Source: Acidobacteriota bacterium (GTDB lineage: Bacteria > Acidobacteriota > Blastocatellia > Pyrinomonadales > Pyrinomonadaceae). Taken from it: 64,000 bases of DNA. The notes beneath the pieces were generated by a model. The model saw only the letters and a program-made list of their open reading frames with translations. It made no database searches and had not been told where the DNA came from. The stretch covers positions 423,475-487,474 of the forward strand of contig JADKBM010000013.1 of assembly GCA_016715115.1 (NCBI GenBank), written 5' to 3'. How positions within the stretch are numbered: the first letter of the stretch is position 1; each line of letters opens with the position of its first letter. The position numbers and the translations under genes are program-made. This document shows, piece by piece, positions 54,471 to 62,273 of the stretch.

Positions 54471-55899
54471 CGAAGTGCGCCCGGAAAAGCTGGCGCGCCA
54501 ACAGACGTTTGTATTCGGCCGAACCGCGAACGTCGGAGATCGGCGCGATCTCCGTTTGCAGGATCGCCTCCGCTTCTTCGAGGATCGCATCGTTGATCGG
54601 TTTTCCGCTCAGGAACGCCGAGGTCTTTCTTAACAACAAAGGCGTCGGCGCGACCCCGCCGATCGAGACGCGCGCCGTTTCGACAACATCGCCCGAAAGC
54701 CTGAGCGCGATCGCCGTATTAACAGAAGCGATGTCAAGATAGGTTCGTTTCGAGACCTTTTCAAAATTGAAATGCGTGAAATCCTTGCGAATTGAGATCT
54801 TCGAAATGATCTCCGACTCAACCTTTGCGAGCTGCTTGTAACCCAAATACAAATCAGATAACGCAATGTTCCGAATTCCGAAATCCGAATTCCCAATTCC
54901 GAAATCGCGTAGTTCCAATTCGGCGTCGAGCGCCAGAAAAAAGACCGTCATATCGCCGATCGGCGAGGCATTTACAAAATTGCCGGCGAGCGTCGCCATA
55001 TTCCTGATCGGCGTCGACGAAACCAATTTCAAATACTTGTCAAGGTTCGGAAAAAGCCGATGGAAGACTTCAGACTCGAGCAAGTCGGTGACGACGACAG
55101 ACGGGCCGATCTCGACCGTTTCGTCGGTCTCGCGGATGAACCGAAGCGCAGGATCGTCAAACAAACTCGTCGCACCCGCGTGGACCATTTCGTCGTGCTT
55201 CTGAACGTAAAGGTCCGTGCCGCCGGCGACGAATCTTGGGGTGGTGATTTCGGATGATACGGATTTCAGACCTTCGGAGTCGGGATGTTCGCGCACCAAC
55301 AATTCGAGACGCCGCCCGATGGATTCGAAATATTTCGGAACCGCACCGGCGGCGATCGCCTTCTCGATTTGCGACTGTGACTTGTTGAGCATCGCATTGC
55401 CGAAATCCGAAATCCCAAATCCCAAATCCGAAATCCTCTCGCACGCCCGCTCGATCGACTTGTAACCCGTGCAGCGGCAAATGTTTCCGTCGATCGCCGC
55501 AACCACCGATTCTTTGGTTTTCTGACCGTCGCCGAGGCAAAAACCGGTCAGAGACATCACGAATCCAACCGTGCAGAATCCGCATTGAGTTCCGGATTCG
55601 TCGACCAACGCTGCCTGCGCGGGTGTCAGGCTTCCGTCGGCCGGGTTGATTCCTTCGACAGTCACGATATGCTTGCCGCGCGCATTCAAGAGCGGCATCA
55701 GGCACGATGTCATCGAACGATATCTGAGGTCTCCGTCCTTGAGTTCACCGACGAGGATCGTGCACGCCCCGCAATCCCCTTCGCGGCAGCCGATCTTCGT
55801 TCCCTTCAGATTCTTGTGATACCGAACAAAGTCGAGCACCGTCGTTCCGCCTGGGAGATCGGTTTCGACGGATTGATTGTTGAGAATAAATTCGATCAT
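54448..55899 (-). CDS. xdhA: Xanthine dehydrogenase small subunit (2x [2Fe-2S] + FAD-binding domains)
   Basis: The ATG at 55899 gives MIEFILNNQSV. Contains CREGDCGACT, CGFCTVGFVMS and CRCTGYKSI, then FAD_binding_5-like VAGGTDLYV. There are two in-frame heptamer insertions, and the last codons are repeat-encoded. Confidence 0.85.
   Translation of the reverse strand: MIEFILNNQSVETDLPGGTTVLDFVRYHKNLKGTKIGCREGDCGACTILVGELKDGDLRYRSMTSCLMPLLNARGKHIVTVEGINPADGSLTPAQAALVDESGTQCGFCTVGFVMSLTGFCLGDGQKTKESVVAAIDGNICRCTGYKSIERACERISDLGFGISDFGNAMLNKSQSQIEKAIAAGAVPKYFESIGRRLELLVREHPDSEGLKSVSSEITTPRFVAGGTDLYVQKHDEMVHAGATSLFDDPALRFIRETDETVEIGPSVVVTDLLESEVFHRLFPNLDKYLKLVSSTPIRNMATLAGNFVNASPIGDMTVFFLALDAELELRDFGIGNSDFGIRNIALSDLYLGYKQLAKVESEIISKISIRKDFTHFNFEKVSKRTYLDIASVNTAIALRLSGDVVETARVSIGGVAPTPLLLRKTSAFLSGKPINDAILEEAEAILQTEIAPISDVRGSAEYKRLLARQLFRAHFVAVSGER
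54871..54909. repeat. In-frame intragenic heptamer-type array in xdhA (FAD domain)
   Basis: ccgaattccgaaatccgaattcccaattccgaaatcgcg, translated on the minus strand as RDFGIGNSDFGIR. Confidence 0.75.
55401..55436. repeat. In-frame intragenic heptamer array in xdhA (linker after the 2Fe-2S domains)
   Basis: cgaaatc cgaaatc ccaaatc ccaaatc cgaaatc c, translated on the minus strand as SDLGFGISDFG. Confidence 0.8.
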
Positions 55900-55907
55900 T
55901 ATTCCAG

Positions 55908-56030
55908 CCACGAATCGCACCAATTTCACGAACGCAACCCTTTATGCGACGTTGTTGATCCAACCGCCAAAAGCGCGGCGCATCAGGTGCGTTCCTGAAA
56001 AAACAGTCGTGAAATTCGTGCGATTCGTGG
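55908..56030. repeat. 23-bp inverted repeat (1 mismatch) with 77-nt spacer, immediately upstream of xdhA
   Basis: ccacgaatcgcaccaatttcacg (55908-55930) and cgtgaaattcgtgcgattcgtgg (56008-56030). The stem extends via gaacgca/tgcgttc. Confidence 0.85.
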
Positions 56031-56040
56031 CAAAGCGCAA

Positions 56041-56547
56041 CTAGAATCGCCGAATCAAAACGACGCCGATCGTGATCATCGCCGCGCCGACGACACGCAA
56101 AACGCTCACCGGCCGTTCCGGAACTCCGAGCCAGCCGAAATGATCGATGACGAGCGTGACCAGCATTTGCCCGGCGATGATCAGCGAGAACGTCAGAGCG
56201 ACCCCGATCTTCGGAACCAGAACTACGGCCGAGGCGACGAAAAACGCTCCCAGGATTCCCCCGAGCCACGCGACCGCCGGCGCATTCTTCGCGTTCGCCA
56301 GATTCGAAAGCGGTATGCCGGTCGCCAGAATATACAGGAAGAGCGCCAATGTCCCGACCGCGAATGAAATGAACGCGGACAGGATCGGACTCTCGACGTG
56401 GCTGGCGAGTTTGTTGTTGATCGCCGCCTGCGTCGGCATCATCATTCCGGCGAGAATCGCGAGGATGATGAAGGAATAATTCTGAATAAAGCTGACCACT
56501 ATGATTTCGGAATTGTGAATTTGGATTTCGGCGATTCGAAATCCCAA
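56041..56547 (-). CDS. DMT superfamily transporter, DUF606/YdcZ-like
   Basis: ILAILAGMMMPTQAAINNKLA...WLGGILGAFFV...IIAGQMLVTLVIDHFGW is DUF606-like. The real start is probably downstream (for example GTG at 56499), because the first 15 codons are repeat sequence. Confidence 0.7.
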   Translation of the reverse strand: MGFRIAEIQIHNSEIIVVSFIQNYSFIILAILAGMMMPTQAAINNKLASHVESPILSAFISFAVGTLALFLYILATGIPLSNLANAKNAPAVAWLGGILGAFFVASAVVLVPKIGVALTFSLIIAGQMLVTLVIDHFGWLGVPERPVSVLRVVGAAMITIGVVLIRRF

Positions 56548-56622
56548 TTCTGGAATTCAGTTCTGCGATTCAGGACTCCGGCAGTTCGAAAATCCAAAAT
56601 CAGAAATCACATACCGAATTCC
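56502..56622. repeat. Heptamer palindrome (GATTTCG / CGAAATC family)
   Basis: The left arm is tgatttcggaattgtgaatttggatttcggcgattcgaa. The right arm is cgaaaatccaaaatcagaaatcacataccgaattcc, ending at the deaminase stop (56623). Confidence 0.8.
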
Positions 56623-57102
56623 CTAATACTCGATTTTGTCCGCCTTCTCGACCCAGTTCTTGAAGACCCGCAATCCTTCATCGCGCAAAAACGTCGCTGT
56701 CGGGATGCGGCGGGATTCGAGCGGCAGCGCGAGTTCCTCGTAGATCAGATCGTCGTCGAATCCGGCTTCCTTGGCGTCGCTGCGGGAACACGCGAAAAAG
56801 ACCTGTTTCGGACGCGCCCAGTAGATCGCGCCTAGGCACATCGGGCACGGTTCGCAACTCGCGTAGACAATGCAATCGTCCAGCTGAAACGTCTTCAGTT
56901 CGCGGCAGGCATTGCGAATCGCCACGACCTCGGCGTGGGCCGTCGGGTCGTTCGTCGACGTCACTTGATTGCAGCCTTCGCCAACGATCCGGCCGTCTTT
57001 GACGACCACCGCACCGAACGGACCTCCGTCGTTCGCGTCAATGCCGTTCTGTGCGAGTGCGATCGCGCGGCGCATAAATTGTTCGTGGACGTCGGTCATC
57101 AT
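56623..57102 (-). CDS. CMP/dCMP-type zinc deaminase, guanine deaminase (GuaD)-like
   Basis: HAEVVAIRNA...CEPCPMCLGAIYWAR plus a C-terminal FDDDLIYEEL tail typical of Bacillus-type guanine deaminases. A tRNA-adenosine deaminase cannot be excluded. Confidence 0.7.
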   Translation of the reverse strand: MMTDVHEQFMRRAIALAQNGIDANDGGPFGAVVVKDGRIVGEGCNQVTSTNDPTAHAEVVAIRNACRELKTFQLDDCIVYASCEPCPMCLGAIYWARPKQVFFACSRSDAKEAGFDDDLIYEELALPLESRRIPTATFLRDEGLRVFKNWVEKADKIEY

Positions 57103-57122
57103 CAAATGTGAATCAAAAGTCA

Positions 57123-57956
57123 TCAACCTTTTGGCTTGACCTTGATCTCAAACAGCTTCTTCCAGAGCTTGCCGGTGACAAAGATCCGGTCGGCCGCCGC
57201 ATCGTAGGCGATGCCGTTGAGCGTTCGTTCCGACTCTCCGGCGGCATCCTCGGGCGAGATCCCGTTCAGATCGATCCAGCCGAGAAGATTCCCGGTATTC
57301 GGGTCGATGCGCGCGATGTGGTTCGGCTTGCCGACGTCCTCCGAGTGCCAGACGTTCGCCCAGATCTCGCCTTTGACGTATTCGAGTTCGTTGAGTTTGT
57401 AGATCGGCCGGCCGTTCTCGTCCTTGACGACGACCGTCCTGATCGTCTCGAACGTCTCGGGATTCAAGATGCGAAGGACGTGCGTGCCGTCGCTCATTAT
57501 GAGATTCGTGCCATCGTGCGTCAATCCCCAGCCTTCGCCTGAGTATCGCATTTCCTTCTGGAGCTTGAAGTTCATGTCATACACGAAAACGGTTTTTTCG
57601 CGCCACGTCAGCTGATAGATACGATCGTTGAAGATCGTCAGGCCTTCGGCGAAGTACTCGCGCGGAACATCATATTTTTGAAGGACTTTGCCCGTTTCGA
57701 TCTCGACCTTCCGGAGCGAAGAATTATCGTATTCGCCGTCGCTCTCAAAAAAAACGCCGTTTTGGATGACGAGCCCCTGCGTGAATGATGTCGAGTCGTG
57801 CGGATAAGCCTTCACCGTCTCATAAGTATAGACCGGCACCGACGCTTTGGCGGTTTTCGTGCCGGTGTTCGACGCATTGACGTTAGGCTTGTTGACCGCC
57901 TTTTCGCCGCAGGCGTTAAGCAAGAAAAGAGTCGCGAGTAAAAATATAAGACGCAT
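57123..57956 (-). CDS. Glutaminyl-peptide cyclotransferase (beta-propeller, plant/bacterial type), lipoprotein
   Basis: The ATG at 57956 gives MRLIFLLATLFLLNAC. Contains YPHDSTSFTQGL...SLRKVEIETGKV...FAEGLT...YQLTW...GEGWGLTHDG...SDGT. Confidence 0.8.
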   Translation of the reverse strand: MRLIFLLATLFLLNACGEKAVNKPNVNASNTGTKTAKASVPVYTYETVKAYPHDSTSFTQGLVIQNGVFFESDGEYDNSSLRKVEIETGKVLQKYDVPREYFAEGLTIFNDRIYQLTWREKTVFVYDMNFKLQKEMRYSGEGWGLTHDGTNLIMSDGTHVLRILNPETFETIRTVVVKDENGRPIYKLNELEYVKGEIWANVWHSEDVGKPNHIARIDPNTGNLLGWIDLNGISPEDAAGESERTLNGIAYDAAADRIFVTGKLWKKLFEIKVKPKG

Positions 57957-58117
57957 AAGTCCGATTTGATGGTCCGGTTCGTCGATCCGTTCCCTGATGA
58001 ATTCTTTCGGCTTGACCCGACGATCTTCGCAAGCGCGAGTTTGCCGGAGTTGCCGCGCTTCGAGCAAATGGCCGAGACAGTTCGCTTCAGTGATTCGGTC
58101 TGCAGATCGAAACGGCA

Positions 58118-59449
58118 TCATTTTTTCAGCGCCCGATCGATCGCGTCGCGAAATCCGTCGACGTTCAGGAATCGCACGCGAACGCCGTTGACATAGATCG
58201 AAGGCGTTCCGGAGATTCCAAGTTCCTTGCCGTCGGCAACGTCTTTCTTGACATCCGCGGCGACCTTTTCGCTTTGAAAGTCTAGCTCAAATTTCTGGGG
58301 ATTCAAACCGGCGGCGACGGCGTACTTCTTGAGCGACGCGACATCGAGCGCGGTTTGATTGCGGTAAAGCAGTTCGGTGTATTCAAAGAATTTGCCTTGC
58401 GCGGCGGCGGCATTGGCGGCGAGCGCCGCATTGTATGCGTCCTTATGGATCGCCGTCAGCGGAAAATTGCGGACGACGAACCGAACCTGACCGCCATATT
58501 CCGACAAAACCTTTTGCAGCACCGGATGCTTCGCGGCACAGACCGAACATTGAAAGTCCGAGAACATCACGACCGTCACGGGCGCGGTCGCCGCACCTTT
58601 CGAAGGCTTTCCGTCGGTTGCGATCTGGAAAACAATCGGCGCGGGTTCCGAGTACAGAAACTGCGGCTTGTATTTCGCCGCCAATCGGCGCCGCAGCGCG
58701 GATTCGAGTTCTTCGCGCTCTTCATCGGAATAATCGCGAAGCTTGTCGGTGATCTCCTGCGCGATCAACTTGTGCGGTTCGATCGCAAGACTCTTGGCTT
58801 CGGCAGAAACGAGCGCCGAGAAGATCAATTTGTTCAGCTCGAATTTCACACGGTCGAAGACCTTCGCTTTCAATTCAAAGAGCGTCACTTTGTTCTTCGC
58901 TTCGAACATCGCGACCGTGATCGGCTTGCCGTTGACGGTTGCCAGAACGTCGGCCGGAGCAAGATTCGCGGCGTTGACGCTTTTGCCGGTGACCGTTTTG
59001 TACTTTGTCTTCAGTGCCGCGACAAAGGCGTTGAAGGCCTTCTGCTCGGGTTCGCTCCGCAAAAAGGTCACGATCTGATCGCGGACCTCGGCTATCGGCC
59101 GGTTGTCGAGCGCGAGACGGTTCGCGTTGTAAATGTCCTGGATCTCTTTGTCAGTCGGATCGGGAACCTTTGCCTTCACTTCGCGTTCGTAAAGCTGTTC
59201 GAAGGCGATCTTGCGCGCCGCCGATTCAAGTTCGGCGAGCGTGTCGATGATCTGGACCTCGAGTAGTTCCTTGCGGCGTTCGGCCATTGAAGCGGCGAGA
59301 TTCTCGTACTCCGTACGGACGGGCAGCGGAAGATCCTCAACGGAAATGCGTTGTCCGTTGGCGATTGCCAAGACCTGTCCGGACGTCTGTCCGAACGTTG
59401 CGGCGGCGAAGAAGGCCAAAATGATTGCGATAACTATTGATCTGAACAT
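58118..59449 (-). CDS. Secreted thioredoxin-fold DsbA-like oxidoreductase with N-terminal SurA-N/chaperone-like domain
   Basis: The ATG at 59449 gives MFRSIVIAIILAFFAAATFGQ. The C-terminal DsbA-like module reads VTVVMFSDFQCSVCAAKHP...GTPSIYVNG. Confidence 0.75.
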   Translation of the reverse strand: MFRSIVIAIILAFFAAATFGQTSGQVLAIANGQRISVEDLPLPVRTEYENLAASMAERRKELLEVQIIDTLAELESAARKIAFEQLYEREVKAKVPDPTDKEIQDIYNANRLALDNRPIAEVRDQIVTFLRSEPEQKAFNAFVAALKTKYKTVTGKSVNAANLAPADVLATVNGKPITVAMFEAKNKVTLFELKAKVFDRVKFELNKLIFSALVSAEAKSLAIEPHKLIAQEITDKLRDYSDEEREELESALRRRLAAKYKPQFLYSEPAPIVFQIATDGKPSKGAATAPVTVVMFSDFQCSVCAAKHPVLQKVLSEYGGQVRFVVRNFPLTAIHKDAYNAALAANAAAAQGKFFEYTELLYRNQTALDVASLKKYAVAAGLNPQKFELDFQSEKVAADVKKDVADGKELGISGTPSIYVNGVRVRFLNVDGFRDAIDRALKK

Positions 59450-59593
59450 GACGCGGGTTTGATTCGGCTTTTTCGAATAAAGATGTCGCTCGACAGAAGT
59501 TCTTAATTTATCGTAACGGCCGGGCGCGTGCAACGCGTCGGAGAATCGCCGTCGGTTGAGTTATGATTATTGTGAACCGTGGAGGGAGAAAGT

Positions 59594-59935
59594 ATGTCGG
59601 ATGTTAGATTCTCGGGTACCGTCGATCACCTGGCTCTGAAATGCGCCGACCTTGAGGAGGCGGTTGCGGAGTACAAACGGCTTGGGTTTTCGCTCGAGAC
59701 GATCTATGAAGATTGGGCGATGATGCGCGACGCTCGCGGTTTTGGCATCGCGCTGCTGCCGCCCGAGTCGAAGCATCCGCCGCACATCGGATTGCGCGTC
59801 GAATCGATGGAGGAACTTGAAAAAGCCGCCCGCGCCGAGGGCCGGCCGATCAAGCCGCACCGCGACGGAACCTCGTCGTTTTACACCAAAGGCGTCGACG
59901 GACAGATCATCGAATTGATCTGCTACCCGGAATGA
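59594..59935 (+). CDS. VOC (glyoxalase/bleomycin-resistance/dioxygenase) family protein
   Basis: ATG at 59594 preceded by GGAGGGAG. VDHLALKCADLEEAVAEYKRLGF...HIGLRV. Confidence 0.7.
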   Translation: MSDVRFSGTVDHLALKCADLEEAVAEYKRLGFSLETIYEDWAMMRDARGFGIALLPPESKHPPHIGLRVESMEELEKAARAEGRPIKPHRDGTSSFYTKGVDGQIIELICYPE

Positions 59936-60129
59936 TTTTGGATTTGCGATTTGCGATTTTGGATTCCAGATATTCCAGATATTCCAGATTCCAACATCGA
60001 AAATTCCAAATTCCAAATTCCAAATTCCAAATTCCAAATTCCAAAATCCAAAATCCAAAATCGCAAATCGCAAATCGCAAATCGCAAATCGCAAATCGCA
60101 AATCGCAAATCGCAAATTCCAAAATCGAA
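59936..60129. repeat. Composite heptamer array between the VOC gene stop and the glycosylase start
   Basis: gattttg gatttgc gatttgc gattttg, then gattcca/gatattcca units, then aaattcc x6, aaaatcc x2-3, aaatcgc x8, and finally aaaatcgaa-ATG. The 5' arm is the reverse complement of the 3' AAATCGC block. Confidence 0.95.
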
Positions 60130-60717
60130 ATGCTTGCCCGTCAATTCTATCTTCGTACCGACACGCTCGCGATCGCCAGGGATCTGATCGGTAAACTGCT
60201 CATCGTTCAGGATCCCGAACACGGACGCGTGTCCGGGATGATCGTCGAAACCGAGGCGTATCTCGGTGAGATCGACAGGGCGGCGCATTCCTACGGCGGG
60301 CGGCGAACGGCGCGAAACGAGATCACCTACGCGGCCGGCGGTCATACTTACGTCTTTTTCGTTTACGGAATGTACTTTCAGCTCAACATCGTCTGCGGTC
60401 CCGAAGACTCGCCGCATGTTTGTCTGATCCGCGCCGTCGAACCCGTCGAAAACATCGAACTGATGCGCGAACGGCGAAAGACCGTGCAGGATCTGAATTT
60501 GACTTCGGGACCCGGAAAATTATGCGTCGCCCTCGGTATCAACAAAAGCTTTAACGGCGCGGATCTGCTCGGAAATCGAATTTGGCTGGAAGATTTTCGT
60601 ACAGTCGGCGGGGAAGAGGTCGGAAGCGGGAAACGCGTCGGCATCGATTACGCCGGGGAATTCGCCGCCAAACCCTGGCGCTTCTGGTTGAAAGGGAACA
60701 AGTTCGTGTCGCGTTGA
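60130..60717 (+). CDS. DNA-3-methyladenine glycosylase (Mpg/AAG family)
   Basis: The ATG at 60130 gives MLARQFYLRTDTLAIARDLIGKLL...IVETEAYLG..DRAAHSYGGRRT.RNE.....GGH.YVYF.YGM. The ORF-track start at 59932 is pure repeat sequence. Confidence 0.85.
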   Translation: MLARQFYLRTDTLAIARDLIGKLLIVQDPEHGRVSGMIVETEAYLGEIDRAAHSYGGRRTARNEITYAAGGHTYVFFVYGMYFQLNIVCGPEDSPHVCLIRAVEPVENIELMRERRKTVQDLNLTSGPGKLCVALGINKSFNGADLLGNRIWLEDFRTVGGEEVGSGKRVGIDYAGEFAAKPWRFWLKGNKFVSR

Positions 60718-60744
60718 TCCGGAACGCGGGGAAGTCGTTTGGCG

Positions 60745-61110
60745 TCAGCATTCGAGGTACTGCCGCAGCATCGGCTTTAGGATTCGATAGTCGAGCGGCT
60801 TGTCGAGCAACTCATCGCAGCCGGCCTCGCTTGCTTCGCGTTTGAAATCGCTGCCGAAAGCGGTCACCGCGATGATCGGAACCCGGCTACCGAAGGTGAC
60901 CTCGCGGATCGCGCGCGTCGCAGTCAGTCCGTCGACCACCGGGAGCGAAATGTCCATCAGGATCAGATCCGGATGAAACCGGCGCACCTTGTCGACCGCC
61001 TCGATCCCGTCGGCGGCTTCGATGACGAAATATCCGCAGCTTTCAAGCAGAAAACGCAAAACATCGCGGCTGTCTTCGTAGTCCTCGACGATCAAGATCA
61101 GTTTTTCCAT
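60745..61110 (-). CDS. Stand-alone response regulator receiver (REC) protein
   Basis: The ATG at 61110 gives MEKLILIVEDYEDSRDVL...PDLILMDISLPVVDG...PIIAVTA...K. Confidence 0.8.
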   Translation of the reverse strand: MEKLILIVEDYEDSRDVLRFLLESCGYFVIEAADGIEAVDKVRRFHPDLILMDISLPVVDGLTATRAIREVTFGSRVPIIAVTAFGSDFKREASEAGCDELLDKPLDYRILKPMLRQYLEC

Positions 61111-61222
61111 ATCTGCACGCTTTCGATACACGGCGGAGCCCCGGAACTTTCACTGCAAAAATAGTGCCGCGTCGAGCGAAGCAGTTTGAACGATCAATTC
61201 GAATTCCTGTATCATCCGAATT

Positions 61223-62179
61223 ATGAAAACACTTTACCCGGAAATCGAACCATTTGATTCGGGAATGCTCAAAGTTTCCGAAATTCACACGATCTATTAC
61301 GAACGCAGCGGAAATCCGAACGGAATTCCCGTAGTCTTCCTGCACGGCGGTCCGGGCGGCGGTCTGCTTCCGATGTATCGGCAGTATTTCGATCCCGAAG
61401 CGTATCACGTGGTTCTCTTCGACCAACGCGGTTCGGGGCAATCGATCCCGCATACGGAATTGCGTGAAAACACGACGTGGGATCTGATCAAGGACATCGA
61501 GACGCTGCGGGAGATGTTCGGGATCGAGAAATGGCACGTTTTCGGCGGATCGTGGGGCAGCACGCTGAGCCTCGCTTACGCGGTTTCGCATCCGGACCGC
61601 TGTCTCGGACTGATCCTTCGCGGGATCTTCCTGACGCGGCGCAAGGAGTTGGAGTGGTTTTACCAGTACGGCGCGTCCGAGATCTTCCCGGATTATTGGG
61701 AGCGCTATCGAGACGAAATTCCCGAGGAAGAGCGCGGCGATTTTATTACGGCATACCACAAACGGCTAACTAGCAGCGACGAGAGCGTTCGACTCTCGGC
61801 GGCGCGCGCCTGGGCCGTATGGGAAGGCTCGACCTCGAAATTGTATCCGGACGCGAACCTGATGGACCATTGGGAAGGCGCGCACGAGGCGCTTTCGCTG
61901 GCGTGCATCGAATGCCATTATTTTACGAACGGCTCGTTCTTTCCGACCGAGAACTATCTGCTTGAGAACGTCGACAAGATCCGGCACATACCGACGGTCA
62001 TCGTCCAGGGCCGGTACGACGTGGTTTGCCCGATCACGAGCGCTTGGGAACTCCACAAAGCGTTTCCCGAAGCCGAGTTCAACGTCATTCCCGACGCCGG
62101 CCATTCCGTCAGCGAAAAGGGGATCATTTCGGCGCTGGTCGATGCGATGGACAGATTTCGCGATTCCGCAGCGCTTTGA
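61223..62179 (+). CDS. pip: Prolyl aminopeptidase (proline iminopeptidase, S33)
   Basis: 318 aa. LYPEIEPF..G.L.VS..H.IYYE.SGNP.G.PVVFLHGGPGGG, nucleophile elbow GGSWGSTL, and a C-terminal GHS. Confidence 0.9.
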   Translation: MKTLYPEIEPFDSGMLKVSEIHTIYYERSGNPNGIPVVFLHGGPGGGLLPMYRQYFDPEAYHVVLFDQRGSGQSIPHTELRENTTWDLIKDIETLREMFGIEKWHVFGGSWGSTLSLAYAVSHPDRCLGLILRGIFLTRRKELEWFYQYGASEIFPDYWERYRDEIPEEERGDFITAYHKRLTSSDESVRLSAARAWAVWEGSTSKLYPDANLMDHWEGAHEALSLACIECHYFTNGSFFPTENYLLENVDKIRHIPTVIVQGRYDVVCPITSAWELHKAFPEAEFNVIPDAGHSVSEKGIISALVDAMDRFRDSAAL

Positions 62180-62273
62180 GAATTGAAATGCGTGGCACGA
62201 ATCGGGAAATCGGAGTATCATTAGCGAATCACAGTTTCGACCGTTGAGAACGGCGTTAAAAAAAGAATCTATT

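Noticed and set aside
55900-56040. Purine riboswitch upstream of xdhA.
   Set aside because: The segment is a simple long inverted repeat of the CACGAA family. It lacks the conserved three-way junction nucleotides of guanine/adenine riboswitches.
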